From Okamejei kenojei (lineage: Eukaryota): DNA of 64,000 bases. The position numbers and the translations under genes are program-made. Shown in pieces: positions 13,728 to 26,240 of the stretch. The number at the start of each line of letters is the position of its first letter. The first letter of the stretch is position 1. The notes under the pieces were generated by a model, which worked only from the letters and a program-made list of their open reading frames with translations, did not search any database and had not been told where the DNA came from. The DNA lies in assembly GCA_035221665.1 (NCBI GenBank), contig CM069137.1, positions 35,836,001 to 35,900,000 of the forward strand, in the 5' to 3' direction.

Positions 13728-13773
13728 CAAAATGTTGCTTATCCATGTCCTTTAGAGATACTGCCTTTCCTGT

Positions 13774-14427
13774 TAGAAACATAGAAACATAGAAATTAGG
13801 TGCAGGAGCAGGCCATTCGGCCCTTCGAGCCTGCACCGCCATTCAATATGATCATGGCTGATCATCCAACTCAATATCCTGTACCTGCCTTCTCTCCATA
13901 CCCCCTGATCCCTTCAGCCACAAGGGCCACATTCAACTCCCTCTTAAATATGGCCAATGAACTGGCCTCAACTACCTTCTGTGGCAGAGAATTCCACAGA
14001 TTCACCACTCTCTGTGTGAAAAAGATTTTCTCATCTCGGTCCTAAAAGACTTCCCCCTTATCCTTAATCTGTGACCCCTTGTCCTGGACTTCCCCAACAT
14101 CAGGAACAATCTTCCTGCATCTAGCCTGTCCAACCCCTTAAGAATTTTGTAAGTCTCTATGAGATCACCCCTCAATCTTCTAAATTCCAGCGAGTACAAG
14201 CCGAGTCTATCCAGTCTTTCTTCATATGGAAGTCGTGCCATCCCAGGAATCAGTCTGGTAAACCTTCTCTGTACTCCCTCTATGGCAAGAATGTCTTTCC
14301 TCAGATTAGGAGACCAAAACTGTACGCAATACTCCAGGTGTGGCCTCACCAAGACCCTGTACAACTGCAGTAGAACCTCCCTGCTCTTGTACTCAAATCC
14401 CTTTGCTATGAATGCCAACATACCAAC
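13774..14427 (-). mobile_element. CR1-like LINE 3' end
   Basis: LYRVLVRPHLEYCVQFWSP...RLRGDLIETYKI...TRGH; (CATAGAAA)n tail. Confidence 0.9.
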
Positions 14428-15059
14428 ATACTGTTGAGCGACTCTACCATTTTGTGTTCTACAGAAGGTCCAGCATCCACAGTTCCTTGTGTCTAACAAC
14501 AGACTTTTGTCAGTTTTAACATTTATTGCTGCGATAATCTACTGTTGAAATCTCACAGCCAGTGATGCCTAGTATTGGAGCTGCAATCTTGGCAGTGAAA
14601 CATTGAAGTGCCACTAGTACAATGCAGGCAGGATTCCTCACAATATTGGACGATGTCACCAATTTAAGAATGCCATCTCTAATGATGTGAGAGGGTGGGA
14701 AAGTGCTCCCAAGTCCTCAGAGATATGGACTGGTGGAAAATATGATTTGCAAAAGGGATGCTTTTCATGCTAGGGCCCCTTAGACACTCTCCAAGGCAAC
14801 AACCAGGCACACCTGTCAGGCAGAATAAATGTGCATGGAGAGCGTGAATGGCTGCAATGTTTGGTAAAAAAAAACTATAATGGTAGCAAATTCCTATGCT
14901 TGCTCATCTGGGCTGTTAGAAAATTAAGTGACGTTTTCTCTCCTTGAATATGGAACTTGGTGAGAGCCTTTATGCTTCTGACATTTTGTCTAGCTATAGT
15001 AAGCAACTCAACTCAATCTACTTTCCCATGTCATCATCCTCAACACTGAGACTCCAGTT

Positions 15060-15400
15060 ACATCTGGTGGATTACGTAGGTCATGTTTTTTGCTTGCTCA
15101 ACACCAAATTCTTGAAACACTCTATTCCGAGCTCAGTCGTGGGAGAGAGATTAACAAACAGGCAGAGCAAAAGATTAAAGGACATCCTAAGAGCTTCCCT
15201 AAAAACATAAAATATTGCAATGACTCCAGAGAATCTCCAGCTTGCGAATGCCTGAAGTGGAGATGGAACATCTGGATGGTATTGAGAACATCAAGGGCAT
15301 GCATTGGATGCACATAAAGCCTCTTCATACATAGGTTAGTGGCACAACTCCTACCACATCAACCACCACCTATTTCATATATGGACGTCTGTGGTTCTCA
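15060..15400 (+). mobile_element. RTE-like LINE C-terminal remnant
   Basis: LYSELSRG and KRLKDILRASLK followed by KWR resemble the RTE-clade ORF end; heavily degraded. Confidence 0.5.
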
Positions 15401-15467
15401 CAATAAGCCTTGTTAGCAACTCAGATCCACGGAACAGTTGCAGGAATAAGTCATCCTCAATCACAAT

Positions 15468-15700
15468 AGTGCCTGTCCCACTTGGGCGTCATTTGCGTGT
15501 CATTTATGCGAGTCCATTTACGCTAAATCATTTACGTGTCATGACGCACGACGCTCGCATCATGACGCGCACGTGATGCACGCATGGTGCGTATTACGCT
15601 CGTAGGCAGTGACGCGCGGTGCCCCAGGATTTTGGGATGTACGAAATCTTTGCGCGCCATCTGCGTGATGCGCAAATGACGCCCAAGTGGGACAGGTCCT
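15468..15700. mobile_element. Harbinger/PIF-type MITE
   Basis: TIRs GCCTGTCCCACTTGGGCGTCATTTGCG / CGCAAATGACGCCCAAGTGGGACAGG, TAA on the right; same family as 58801-59017 in opposite orientation. Confidence 0.8.
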
Positions 15701-16947
15701 TAAGAGATCGCCTTGGAAGAAAGCAGCACTGAGCCACAAACTGTTAGAAATGGAGGAGATCAGCAGCCTAGAATAATTCTGAAGATAGGAATATGATAGT
15801 GCCTTTAAACTTGACCTCAACCGTCAAAATGGTCCAGGCACATGAGTAAGGTTGGATTTGAGGTCACGAAAGGTCATAATCTCAGTGAGAGCTATCTTGC
15901 TGAAGCCTTAGCTGCGTAGACTTTGCTCCATGGGGAGGTCTAGTGTGTGCTCAGTAAACTGCATTTATCAATATGGTTCTCTTGGTTGTCATTAATGTCA
16001 ATGATCCATCTTCATAGTATCCGGAGAGGAAATGTTAAGGTGAAGACATATCCTCTTTGCAATATAGTTTTGAGTGCGGAGAAAACGATAAAGCTGCAAG
16101 TAAGGAGCAGTGTGAGCAGTGTGTAGAGTAAACTATGAAGGTGCAGAGTTCTGTGAAGCAGTTTAGCTAAAAACAATTGTAGCTTGAAATTACCCCCTTA
16201 AATTGTGTTGTTTCACGATATACAGACTTACTGGGAGCAAACAATTCGAAACAGTGGATTGAAAAAAGTGCCGTAGATTAAAATTAGATATGGCTCTCTC
16301 TGGGGACAGTTTTAGGCCTGAGTAATGTTTCCAGTGCTTATAAAAATGGTGCTGGAAATTCAGGTATTGAACTTCCATCAGATATTAAGAGGCCCAGATA
16401 TAGTTGCAATTTTGTTGTGGTCCAGGTTAAACCTATTTTCAACTGCGCAGTTTTCCTTATCTTAGCATCATGGGAAATAAAAAGAGGATCACCACTCCTT
16501 CAACCTTTTAGTTCATTTGCTTTAACATCTCCTTATATAGCTTGGTAATACTTATCTGTTTGATAATGCCTCTGTGAAGATCTTGGAACATTCTGCCACA
16601 TGGACGGCTCTAGAAATGTAAGTTATTGATATTGCTCAGATACTAAAATGTTTACGGTGAAAGGGCCAAGATTTAATAGGAACCTGAGGGGCAAACCTTT
16701 CAGTCAGAGGATGGTGGGTATGTGGAATGAGCTGTTAGAGAAGGTAGTTGAGGTGGGTAGTACAACATGATTTAAAATACTTTTCAACAGGTACAACATG
16801 GATAGGAAAGGTTTGGAGGGACAAGGGCCAAATGCAGGCATGGGATTAGTTTAAAAGAAGGAACTGCAGATGCTGGAGAATCGAGGGTACACAAAAAGCT
16901 GGAGAAACTCAGCGGGTGCAGCAGCATCTAAGGAGCGAAGGAGATAG

Positions 16948-16979
16948 GCGACGTTTCGGGTCGAGACCCTTCTTCAGAC
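16948..16979 (-). ncRNA. Minimal hammerhead-ribozyme-like motif in Penelope pLTR
   Basis: Minus strand reads GT-CTGAAGA-A-GGGTC-TC-GACCC-GAAACGTC-GC: CUGANGA/GAAA core, helix II, self-complementary ACGU instead of helix III. Confidence 0.7.
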
Positions 16980-17227
16980 TGGTCAGGGTTCAGGGAAACG
17001 AGAGATATAGACAGTGATGTGGAGAGATAAGGAACAATGAGTGAAAGATATGCAAAAAAGTATCGGTGATAAAGGGAACAAGCCATTGTAAGCTGTTTGT
17101 GGTGTGAAAATGAGAAGCTGGTGTGACTGGGGTGGAGGAGGGAGATAGAGATAGAGGGAATGCCAGGGCCCGAGGGCTGAGGGAGAGGTGGGAAGGGGAG
17201 GAGACAGCAAGGGTTAACAGAATTGTT

Positions 17228-18958
17228 CGTCACACCTCCTCCTACTTACCCCTGGACCATGACCCCACTGACAAACACCAGGCCACCATCTCGAGCACCA
17301 TAACCGACTTCATCAGCTCCGGCTCCCTACCCCACCCCGCCCCCCGAGCCTCCGACCTCATCGTTTCCCAGCCCCGCACGGCCCGATTTTACCTTCTCCC
17401 CAAAATCCACAAACCCGACTGCCCTGGCAGACCCATTGTCTCTGCCTGTTCGTGCCCCACCGAACACATTTCCACATACCTTGACGCCATCCTATCCCCC
17501 TTTGTTAAATCCCTCCCCACCTATGTTCAAGACACCTCAGACACTCTCCGTCGGCTCCGTGCATTCCATTCTCCAGGCCCCCATCCTCTCATCTTTACCA
17601 TGGACGTCCAGTCACTCTACACCTCCATCCCCCACCAGGACGGTCTCCAAGCCCTCCGGTTCTTCCTCGACCAGAGGAGCAACCCATACCCGTCCACTGA
17701 CACCCTCCTCCGCCTAGCAGAGTTGGTCCTCACCCTCAATAACTTCTCTTTTGATTCCTCCCATTTCCTCCAAACACAAGGCGTAGCTATGGGCACACGC
17801 ATGGGCCCCAGCTACGCTTGCCTCTTTGTTGGGTACGTCGAACAATCCTTGTTCTCGGCATACCAGGGCCCCATCCCCGACCTCTACCTCCGTTACATCG
17901 ACGACTGCTTTGGTGTCACCTCCTGCACCCACACACAACTGACTGACTTCATTCATTTCACCACCAACTTCCATCCAGCACTCAAATACACTTGGACCAT
18001 TTCCGACACTTCCCTACCATTCCTTGACCTCACCATCGCTATTGCAGGTGATACGCTCCTGACCGACATCCACTACAAACCCACTGACTCCCACAGCTAC
18101 CTGGACTACTCTTCCTCCCACCCTGCTTCCTGTAAGGACTCCATCCCCTATTCCCAATTCCTCTGTCTACGCCGCAATCTGCTCCCAGGATGAGGTGTTC
18201 CACACCAGGTCATCACAAATGGCCTCATTCTTCAGAGAACGGGGATTCCCCTCCCCCACTATTGATGAGGCTCGCACCAGGGTCTCCTCCATACCCCGCA
18301 ACACTGCCCTCGCTCCCCATTCCCCCCACTCGCAAACAGGGCAGAGTCCCCCTGGTCCTCACCTTTCACCCCACCAGCCGGCAAATACAACATATAGTCC
18401 TCCGCCAGTTTTGCCACCTCCAACGTGACCCCTCCACCCGCCACATCTTCCCATCTCCCCCCCTGTCTGCCTTCCGCAAAGACCGCTCCCTCCGCAACTC
18501 CCTTGTCAATTCTTCCCTCCCCTCCCACTCTACCCCTTCCCCGGGCACTTTCCCTTGCAACCGCAAGAAATGCAACACTTGTCCCTTCACCTCCCCTTCC
18601 ACTCCTTTCAGGGACCCAAGCAGTCCTTCCAGGTCCGACAGAGGTTCACCTGCACCTCCTCCAACCTCATCTACTGCATCCGCTGCTCCAGATGCCAGAT
18701 GATCTATATCGGTGAGACCAAGCGGAGGCTTGGCGATCGCTTCGCCGAACACCTCCGCTCGGTCCGCAATAACCAACCCGACCTCCCGGTGGCTCAGCAC
18801 TTCAACTCCCCCTCCCATTCCACATCCGACCTCTCGGTCCTGGGCCTCCTCCACGGCCAGAGTGAGCAACACCGCAAGCTGGAGGAACAGCACCTCATAT
18901 TCCGTTTGGGGAGTCTGCATCCTTTGGGCTTGAATATTGAATTTTCTCAATTCTGTTA
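17228..18958 (+). pseudogene. Penelope RT + GIY-YIG endonuclease, 5'-truncated and frameshifted
   Basis: FYLLPKIHK, GRPIVS, TMDVQSLYTSIP, GVAMG, LRYIDD, LPFLD, YKPT; CNRKKCNTC linker; LIYCIRCSRCQMIYIGET GIY-YIG motif; about three frameshifts. Confidence 0.95.
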
Positions 18959-19193
18959 ACCCTTGCTGTCTCCTCCCCTTCCCACCTCTCCCTCAGCCCT
19001 CGGGCCCTGGCATTCCCTCTATCTCTATCTCCCTCCCCCACCTCAGTCGCACCAGCTTCTCATTTTCACACCACAAACAGCTTACAATGGCTTGTTCCCT
19101 TTATCACCGATACGTTTTTGCATATCTTTCACTCATTGTTCCTTATCTCTCCACATCACCGTCTATATCTCTCGTGTCCCTGAACCCTGACCA

Positions 19194-19225
19194 GTCTGAA
19201 GAAGGGTCTCGACCCGAAACGTCGC
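19194..19225 (+). ncRNA. Minimal hammerhead-ribozyme-like motif in Penelope pLTR
   Basis: CTGAAGA at 19196-19202, GGGTC/GACCC stem, GAAACGTC at 19216-19223; hammerheads are an established feature of Penelope pLTRs. Confidence 0.7.
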
Positions 19226-20554
19226 CTATCTCCTTCGCTCCTTAGATGCTGCTGCACCCGCTGAGTTTCTCCAGCTTTTTGTGTACCATGGGATTAGTTT
19301 AGATGGGACATCTTGGTTGGCATGGATGAGTTGGGCTGAAGGGCCTGTTTCCCTGCTGTATCACTCTATGACTCTATCTATCACTCTATGATTGAGTGGC
19401 AAAACCACAAGCACAGAACGGCAGAGCTGAGAAAAGTGGAACAGATGGACAAGGCTAAAGCTATGGCAACATCTGTAAGCAGAATGGAGATTTTAAAATC
19501 AGAGCAAATGTAAACCAGCAAGTGCTGAGCTGACTGGCAGAGCGCCTTGGTATGAGATTAGGACACAAGCAGCAGAGTTTTTGGATGAGCACAAGCCATT
19601 TATCTGAGGAACTATTATCAAGTCTTATAAACAGCTTACTCCACAGCAATTGCTGACACATTCGCACTTAGCTTGCCAAGGATAGCTCTTCAAGCAGACA
19701 GGCAATAAATGGTCGAAAGCAACAAGGTGCAGATAATTATCCATTTTCTCTGACAGCCTTTGAAAAGATCAAAGTGTATTGAGTTTTATAAATCAGTATC
19801 AGTACAAACAGGGAAAGACGAGAAAACAAGCACTTATTTATAGTTTCAAGCACACAACGTATCCAACATTGAAATTGTTACTGCTCAAAACACATATATC
19901 TACGTTTATCTTTCAAACTCCATCTGTGTCAAGGCCTATGAATTGCGAGGTATAAATTCAGATCTTATTTTAATTTCTTACTTTTCTCAGTTTCTGGAGT
20001 TAAAGTCATCTGATTTGTTCTTCCTTTCCCATTTTGTGGCCATTGCAACAATGAAGGATGAAGAACAATAAGAACTGTTAACAGATTCAGTCTCAGGAGA
20101 TTCCTGCCTTTAACAATTTCATCCAGTTGAAGTACTTTTAAGTTCATTTATTTCCAGAAATGAACAGTCTAGAATATTAAGAATCCATAAGCATATTTTT
20201 AATCACATTGATATTAAATATTTCATGAAGAATAATTCTTGGTTTTTTTTGTTTTCCATAAGACAGCAACAATTAATCATGTTCAGATGATATCCCTTCT
20301 TTTGGAATATTTTTAGTTTTAGCTTTTCCTGGTATTTTACTTCGGAGTCACGTGAGTGACTACGTGAAGAAGGACGTCAGTCATTATGCGTGTCATTATG
20401 TCTGAAGCATGCGCCAACGACTGAGTGGCAGACGCTTTGCGTCTCTCCAGCGGTAAGTTTTAAAAACCGAGGTAAGTGTTTTTTAATAAGTTACTTACGG
20501 TCGTTGTTTGGCAGGTTCGGTTGTTAGTTTTTCTACCAACAGAACGAACCTACC

Positions 20555-21500
20555 ATGTCGAAGGTGCGGAGACAGTCTGCGAAGCCGGCTACAGAAGACC
20601 GCGGTGCTGCGGGTAGCGGACAGCTGTCCGAGTCACCTTCCAGGCCGCTGGTGTTGGAACCAGCGGCAGCAGACTTGGTGCTACAGGAAAGCACCGTGGC
20701 AGCCCCACCGGGGTGCAAAGCCACCCACAAGTCTGCCAGACCCGTAGACTTCGATGAGTCTGGGAAGCGTCTGCGGGCACCTTTCCCAGATGGAGCACCT
20801 GTTGGAGAGGTGCCTCCAGACTGATCTGCTTCAGAGGAGGGAGCAGTATCAGGCCGGGTCTCCACGGGAGCCCGCGCTAGCAGCACCTTACACAGGGCTG
20901 TGATGTGTCTCCCTCTCTGTAGAGGGGAGTACACGGAGTCAGCATTATCCTGACTCAGAGCAGGGAGGCACATCAGGGGAATACCCTAGGGAGCGAGGGG
21001 CCACAGTGCCTCTTTTGGCGTCTAGGTTCGCCATACCTACCCCAACCGGAGAGGCCTTGGATGAAGGAGCTGGCCACCACCATAAACTACCTGGCCTTGC
21101 ACCAGCTAAAGGACCAGGTTATGGAGGAGACCACCGGCCGCTATAATACATCTGTCAACTGTGCCTCCCTCCGCCATCAACCACACCACCTGGGCCCATA
21201 TTGGAGCAGGGGTAAGAGCCAGGAGGTTAAACACCAGAAAATTCTAAAATTACTGGCCTCAGGGGTAACAGCTTTTATCTATCGATGGCGGGCCACTGAC
21301 GGAGACACAGCAGGACGCTGTGGGGCTCCTCTGTAATGCCCTGTTCGAGATAAACTGTCTGCGCAAGCGCGCAATACGGCCTGCACTCAACCTGAAATTT
21401 GCAATGCTGTGCAAGGCCAGCAATGTACAGCCGGCCAACTACCTCTTTGGGGCAGACCTGCCGAAGCAGGTACGAGAGCTGGAGGACGAGGCCACCCCTA
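20555..21500 (+). pseudogene. DIRS gag-like ORF1 remnant
   Basis: ACCATG start at 20555; LFEINCLRKRAIRPALN...YLFGADLPKQVREL resembles the DIRS gag C-terminus; stops and frameshifts. Confidence 0.7.
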
Positions 21501-21609
21501 TGCCGCCTTCCACGCCAGGCGCAACCAGCCTAGGGGCTCAGGGACGGGAGGCAGACTCCAGCTGTCCCAAGGCGGGAGGCTGGAGGCCAGGACCACACAG
21601 GCAGTAACG

Positions 21610-23529
21610 CCCAAGGTAGGACATTCTAGTCCCATGTGGGACAATTTACACACCTCTAACATACAAGTAGGGGGGAGGCTAAAACATTTTTTGAATGAAT
21701 GGATTTGGATTACAGCAGACCCATTCATACTGCACAGTGTACAGGGGTTTAAAATTGAGTTCCTTCTTGACTCGTCACCATCCACTCAAAATTTACCAAA
21801 TCGCACATATGTGTTTCCACAACAGGAAAGATTTGAGATACAAGCTGAAATTCAGGCTTTACATGCAAAAGCAGTGATTCAAAGGCCTCGCCAGGAATCA
21901 CACCAATTTGTATCGAACATTTTTTCCAAGCAAAGGAAGGATGGAGGAAGTCATATTATCCTAGACTTGATGGAACTCAATACCCGTGTGCAGTATAAAC
22001 ATTTAAAAATGGACAACGTTGGTACAGCTATCCAGCTGGTTTCCAAAGGATGTTATATGGCTTGCACAGATCTAAAAGATGCTTACTACTCCGTACCAAT
22101 ACACAAGAAACACAGGAGATAATGTGTTGGGGCAGATGTGGCAATTCAAGGCGTTGCCAAATGGGCTGACCAGCTCCCAGACTTATTACAAAATTACTAA
22201 AACCAGTTCTGGGACTGCTACCAGCACAGAACCACATTGTGATGGCTTATTTGGATGATATTCTAATAATTGGGGACACAAAGGAATCAGCAATAGCATC
22301 TGTTTCAGCTACCAAACTCATGTTTGAGAGGCTGGGATTCGTAATCCATCCAGTTAAGTAAAAATTAACTCCAATCAGGGTAATTGATTACCTAGGGTTT
22401 ACAATCAACAATTGAAATGTCAGTGGCTCTGCCAGATGGCAAGCAATCAGACTTGATGGAAGCCTGCAATAAGCTAATTACTAGCCAGCAGCCAACAATC
22501 AGACAAGTAGCAAGCATAATTGGCAAGCTTGTGGCAGCCATTCCAGCTGTACGCTTCGGACCTTTGCACTACCAAAATTTACAACGTGCAAAGGAACGGG
22601 CCCTCAAATCTCACGCAGGCCAATTCGAGGAACATATGCACTTACCACCAGACACCATTGTGGAGTTACACTGGTGGGCTACCAATATACATCACTGTTC
22701 TAAGAAAATTTAAGTTGACACACCATCAGTAATAATACAAACCGATGCGAGTGGCCTGGGCTGGGGGGCAAAAGACACCAGCTCCAGCTGCGGGGGCAGA
22801 TGGAATGTGCAGGAGTCCTTAATCCTACAGCAATATGGCATCAACTACTTAGAGTTGTTGGGAGCACTCTATGGCTTAAAGGCTTATTGCAGCAATATGC
22901 ATCATGTTCACGTTCAACTACAGAATGACAACACCATGGCAGTGGCGTATGTCAATCACATGGGTGGAATAAAATCTGTATCATGTGATAAATTGGCAAA
23001 CCTCCTTTGGCATTGGTGTATTGCAAGGAACATTTGGGTCACGGCTATCTACCTGCCAGATAGATATAATATGGTGGCAGACACTAGATCACGGAAATTC
23101 AATTATAACACGGAATGGATGTTGAATCATGTCATGTTCACCGACATTGTTGCCCGATATGGCACGCCAGATATTGACTTGTTTGCCTCCAGGTTGAATC
23201 ACCAGTTACTCAAATATGTCTCATGGGAGCCAGACCCAGGGGCAGTAGCAGTTGATGCGTTCACACTGCATTGGGGAGGAATGTTCTTGTATGTTTTCCC
23301 TCCTTTTTGCCTCATCAGCCGATGCTTGGTCAAAATAAAGCAAGACAATGCCACAGGCATTTTGGTACTGCCAGATGGGCCTACGCAATCTTGGTTCCCA
23401 CTTGTCCTGGGAATCATGACACAGCCTTTGATGGCTGTCCCCAACAGCAGAGAGCTGCTGGTACACCCGGTAACGGGGAGCCATCATCCACTACATGACC
23501 AAATCAATTTGTTGGTTTGCAGATTCTGA
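21610..23529 (+). pseudogene. DIRS RT - RNase H - adenine-methyltransferase-like ORF
   Basis: VGGRLKHF..W, DLKDAYYSVPI, AYLDDIL (~22245), TDAS (22741), INYLEL, DNTMAVAYVNHMGG, ADTRSR; then DIDLFAS...DAFTLHW...YVFPPF...W..QSWF. Confidence 0.92.
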
Positions 23530-24295
23530 GGTACCTTTCCTGAGACTCGGACTGGCTGATCGAACGGTGGATGTAATTACAGCGGCCTGGAGGAACAGCA
23601 CTCAAAAGCAGTACGTCTCCCACATCAAGAAGTGGCATCCAACATTACATATGACACTGTGTGCATCACGGACATACTGGAATTTCTGTCTACCTTATAT
23701 CATGACCAGAAATTATGCTACAGTGCCATCAACAGTGCCAGGAGTGCACTGTCCTCATATTTAGTACTGGCAACTGGGGTACTATCTGTGGGAAAGCATC
23801 CCCTTATTACCAGATTCATGAAGAGCATATACAGCACTACACCCCCCAGGCCATCATATACTGACACATGGGATGTTAGCGTGGTGCTAACACTACTCCG
23901 TCAGTGGGCCCCAGCCACCACACTATCCTTACATAAGCTCACCCTCAAGGTGGTCATGCTAGTGGCGCTCATTATGGCGCAACAAGTCCAGACTCAGCAC
24001 AAACTGTGAATCGACAACATGCACACCACTGCCAACACCATAACTTTCGTCATTTATGATATAGTTCAACAGAGCAGGGCCGGGATGCCAGGGCCCAGGC
24101 TTGAGTTCATGGCATACCCCGAAGATCCACGACTATGTGTGGTCGATCACTTGCACCAGTATATTACAGTCACCAGGAGCCTCAGAGGCTCAGAGTTAGC
24201 TGTCCTAATCAGCCACAAAAAACCACACCATAGGGTGTCAACACAAACCATTTCCAGATGGCTAAAAGAGGTACTGGCAGTTGCAGGAGTAACAT
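23520..24295 (+). pseudogene. DIRS tyrosine recombinase, C-terminally deleted
   Basis: WRNSTQKQY, YSAINSARSALS, PRPSY..TWDVS.VL, LCVV..L..Y, TISRWLK; ends before the HSTR...Y region present in copy 2. Confidence 0.85.
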
Positions 24296-26240
24296 TTTGA
24301 ATTCTGTTTAGTTTCCCCCCAGGTTGAGCGGGGTCACTATTGTTTTGTTTTGCATTAAAGCATCAGTTTAATTACCTAACTATGTTATGTCTGAATGCAT
24401 TAATATTTTCTCACTCACCCATAGTCAATCCATTCAGTGTGCGACGCCTGGATTCGAACCGACATGAAATCACAGAGCTTTGAAATCTTCACATAGTCAC
24501 TCACGTGACTCCGAAGTAATATAGTAAGATTAAACAAGAACTTACCAGTTTGAAGTTTGATCTTGATTTTATGAGGAGTTACGATGAGCGATTACGTGCC
24601 CACCGCTCCCAACCCTCATATTATCAGGTCATCTGGTAGTTCTACTTCTCCAAATCTTACTATCTTTAGGTCAACTTCTTTTATCTGTGATTCCACACCG
24701 CTGCTTTGAAGATTGACACACATGACGACTGACGGCCTTCTTCACGTAATCGCTCATCGTAACGCCTCATAAAATCAAGATCAAACTTCAAACTGGTAAG
24801 TTCTCATTTAATCTTACTATTTTATTTCATATATTACATGTTGACCTTATTCCGCATGGTTATGTCGTTCATTGAAAATTTCAAGTTATTTTACTGAAGA
24901 TTTTCAATCACTTACCACTTAAGTCACAACCAGAAGAATAGAGCTGCTTTAAAAAAAAAAGTTTGACTGATTCAAGAAGACAAAGATTGGAAGTTAGCTA
25001 TAACTTAAAAGGACATTGGGTGGCTGTTGTATATGGGCAATTTGGCACACAAACATAGGCTCTTAATGGTATGTCAGATCTCTCAATGAATGACTCAAGA
25101 TTTCTGCCATTTGTACAGTCCACAGGCCCAACGTCGATCATGTCAACAGTACTGAATAAAGCCTTTGCATGGCTTCAAGCTTTTCAGTGAACACTAGTAA
25201 TTGTTCTCAACAAAAATTATTACCTTGAAATGCAGGCACTGCTTTTATTTTTGGGGGATCATGACATCTCACTGTACCAATTGGTGCATATAATAATAAA
25301 TGTCTCTTGAACTCTTGTTTTTAACTCAGCTCCTTAACCTAATAAGGACCTCCAGCTCACGCTGAATTGAATTGGAGAAAGCTGTTCTGCAATTGCAGGA
25401 ATCCTGAAGATTGAGCAGTTCCATTTCACTGGTAACGGTGCAAGTTAGTCATTCTGCCCACTTAAATAACATCCTCCCAGGATACATGCTCGATATTTCC
25501 ACGATTCAGAGAAGAAAGTACAATTTTGCAAAGGACTTAAGATCTTGTTTTTATTTTGACCAAAATTCTTCTCTTGTTAACAGTCATGATCCATGTAACT
25601 TCAATACAGAAGATAATTTTATCCTTAATTTTATATTCAAGCTCATAATCTTGATATTGAAATTTGAGAAAAATCTTAAATAGAAGGCATGCATATTTGT
25701 AGTAGTGTAAAGAATCAAATAGTTTACTGGAAATTTAATTTAATGAGGTCAGCAATTAGAAAATGACAACATACTCCAAAATTAATTATCAAATAGTACA
25801 ATGTCAGTTTTGATTTTAATTGTTTTGCTGTGCTTTAATTAAATTGGAAAGGAATATTATGTCCAACTGGTAAAGCAGTTTAATAATTAAAACATATCAG
25901 TGTAATTGTTACTGAATGCAAATTAATTGTGAGCACAGCTGAACTAAATATTAAAAGAGGACAATATTTAAATACACCCATTAAAACATATATATTTGTG
26001 AACCCTGAGATAGCAAAATGCCATTTCATAGACAGATGTGTGACAGATGTGTATACTTGTGTTGTCAGACTCATTAGACACCAAATTAGTGAGAGTAATG
26101 GGAACCTCACTGCCTGCCAGTAATATGGGGGAATCGGCTGACCTTGATGAAAATCAATATGCAATGGAGATTTAACATCAGCATTTCTATTTTGGAAATC
26201 AATTGACCAGCTAACACAAACATGCAAGATTAAAGAGGCC

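Larger units (their letters stand above)
16854..19286 (+). mobile_element. Penelope-like element (Poseidon-type) with inverted pseudo-LTRs and 15-bp TSD
   Basis: About 340-bp inverted repeats (16886-17225 vs 18948-19287); TSD CATGGGATTAGTTTA at 16839-16853 and 19287-19301; extra ~32-bp tail on the left copy only. Confidence 0.95.
16655..19392 (+). mobile_element. CR1/HER1-like LINE 3' end split by the Penelope insertion (16655-16853 and 19287-19392)
   Basis: Joining the flanks gives a continuous LINE 3' end ...GGGCCAAATGCAGGCATGGGATTAGTTTAGATGGG...GGGCTGAAGGGCCTGTTTCC...(CTCTATGA)n. Confidence 0.8.
20334..24823 (+). mobile_element. DIRS1-type tyrosine-recombinase retrotransposon (copy 1, near full length, decayed)
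   Basis: Left ITR TTTTACTTCGGAGTCACGTGAGTGAC; internal complementary region 24486-24598; right ITR 24714-24823; gag, RT, RNase H, MT and YR remnants in order. Confidence 0.95.

Noticed and set aside
17123-17227. Apparent N-terminus of the 356-aa Penelope ORF
   Set aside because: Read from the inverted pLTR; real RT homology starts only after the junction at ~17225.
16928-17233. 101-aa ORF duplicated at 18937-19245
   Set aside because: Incidental translation of the inverted Penelope pLTRs, not a gene pair.
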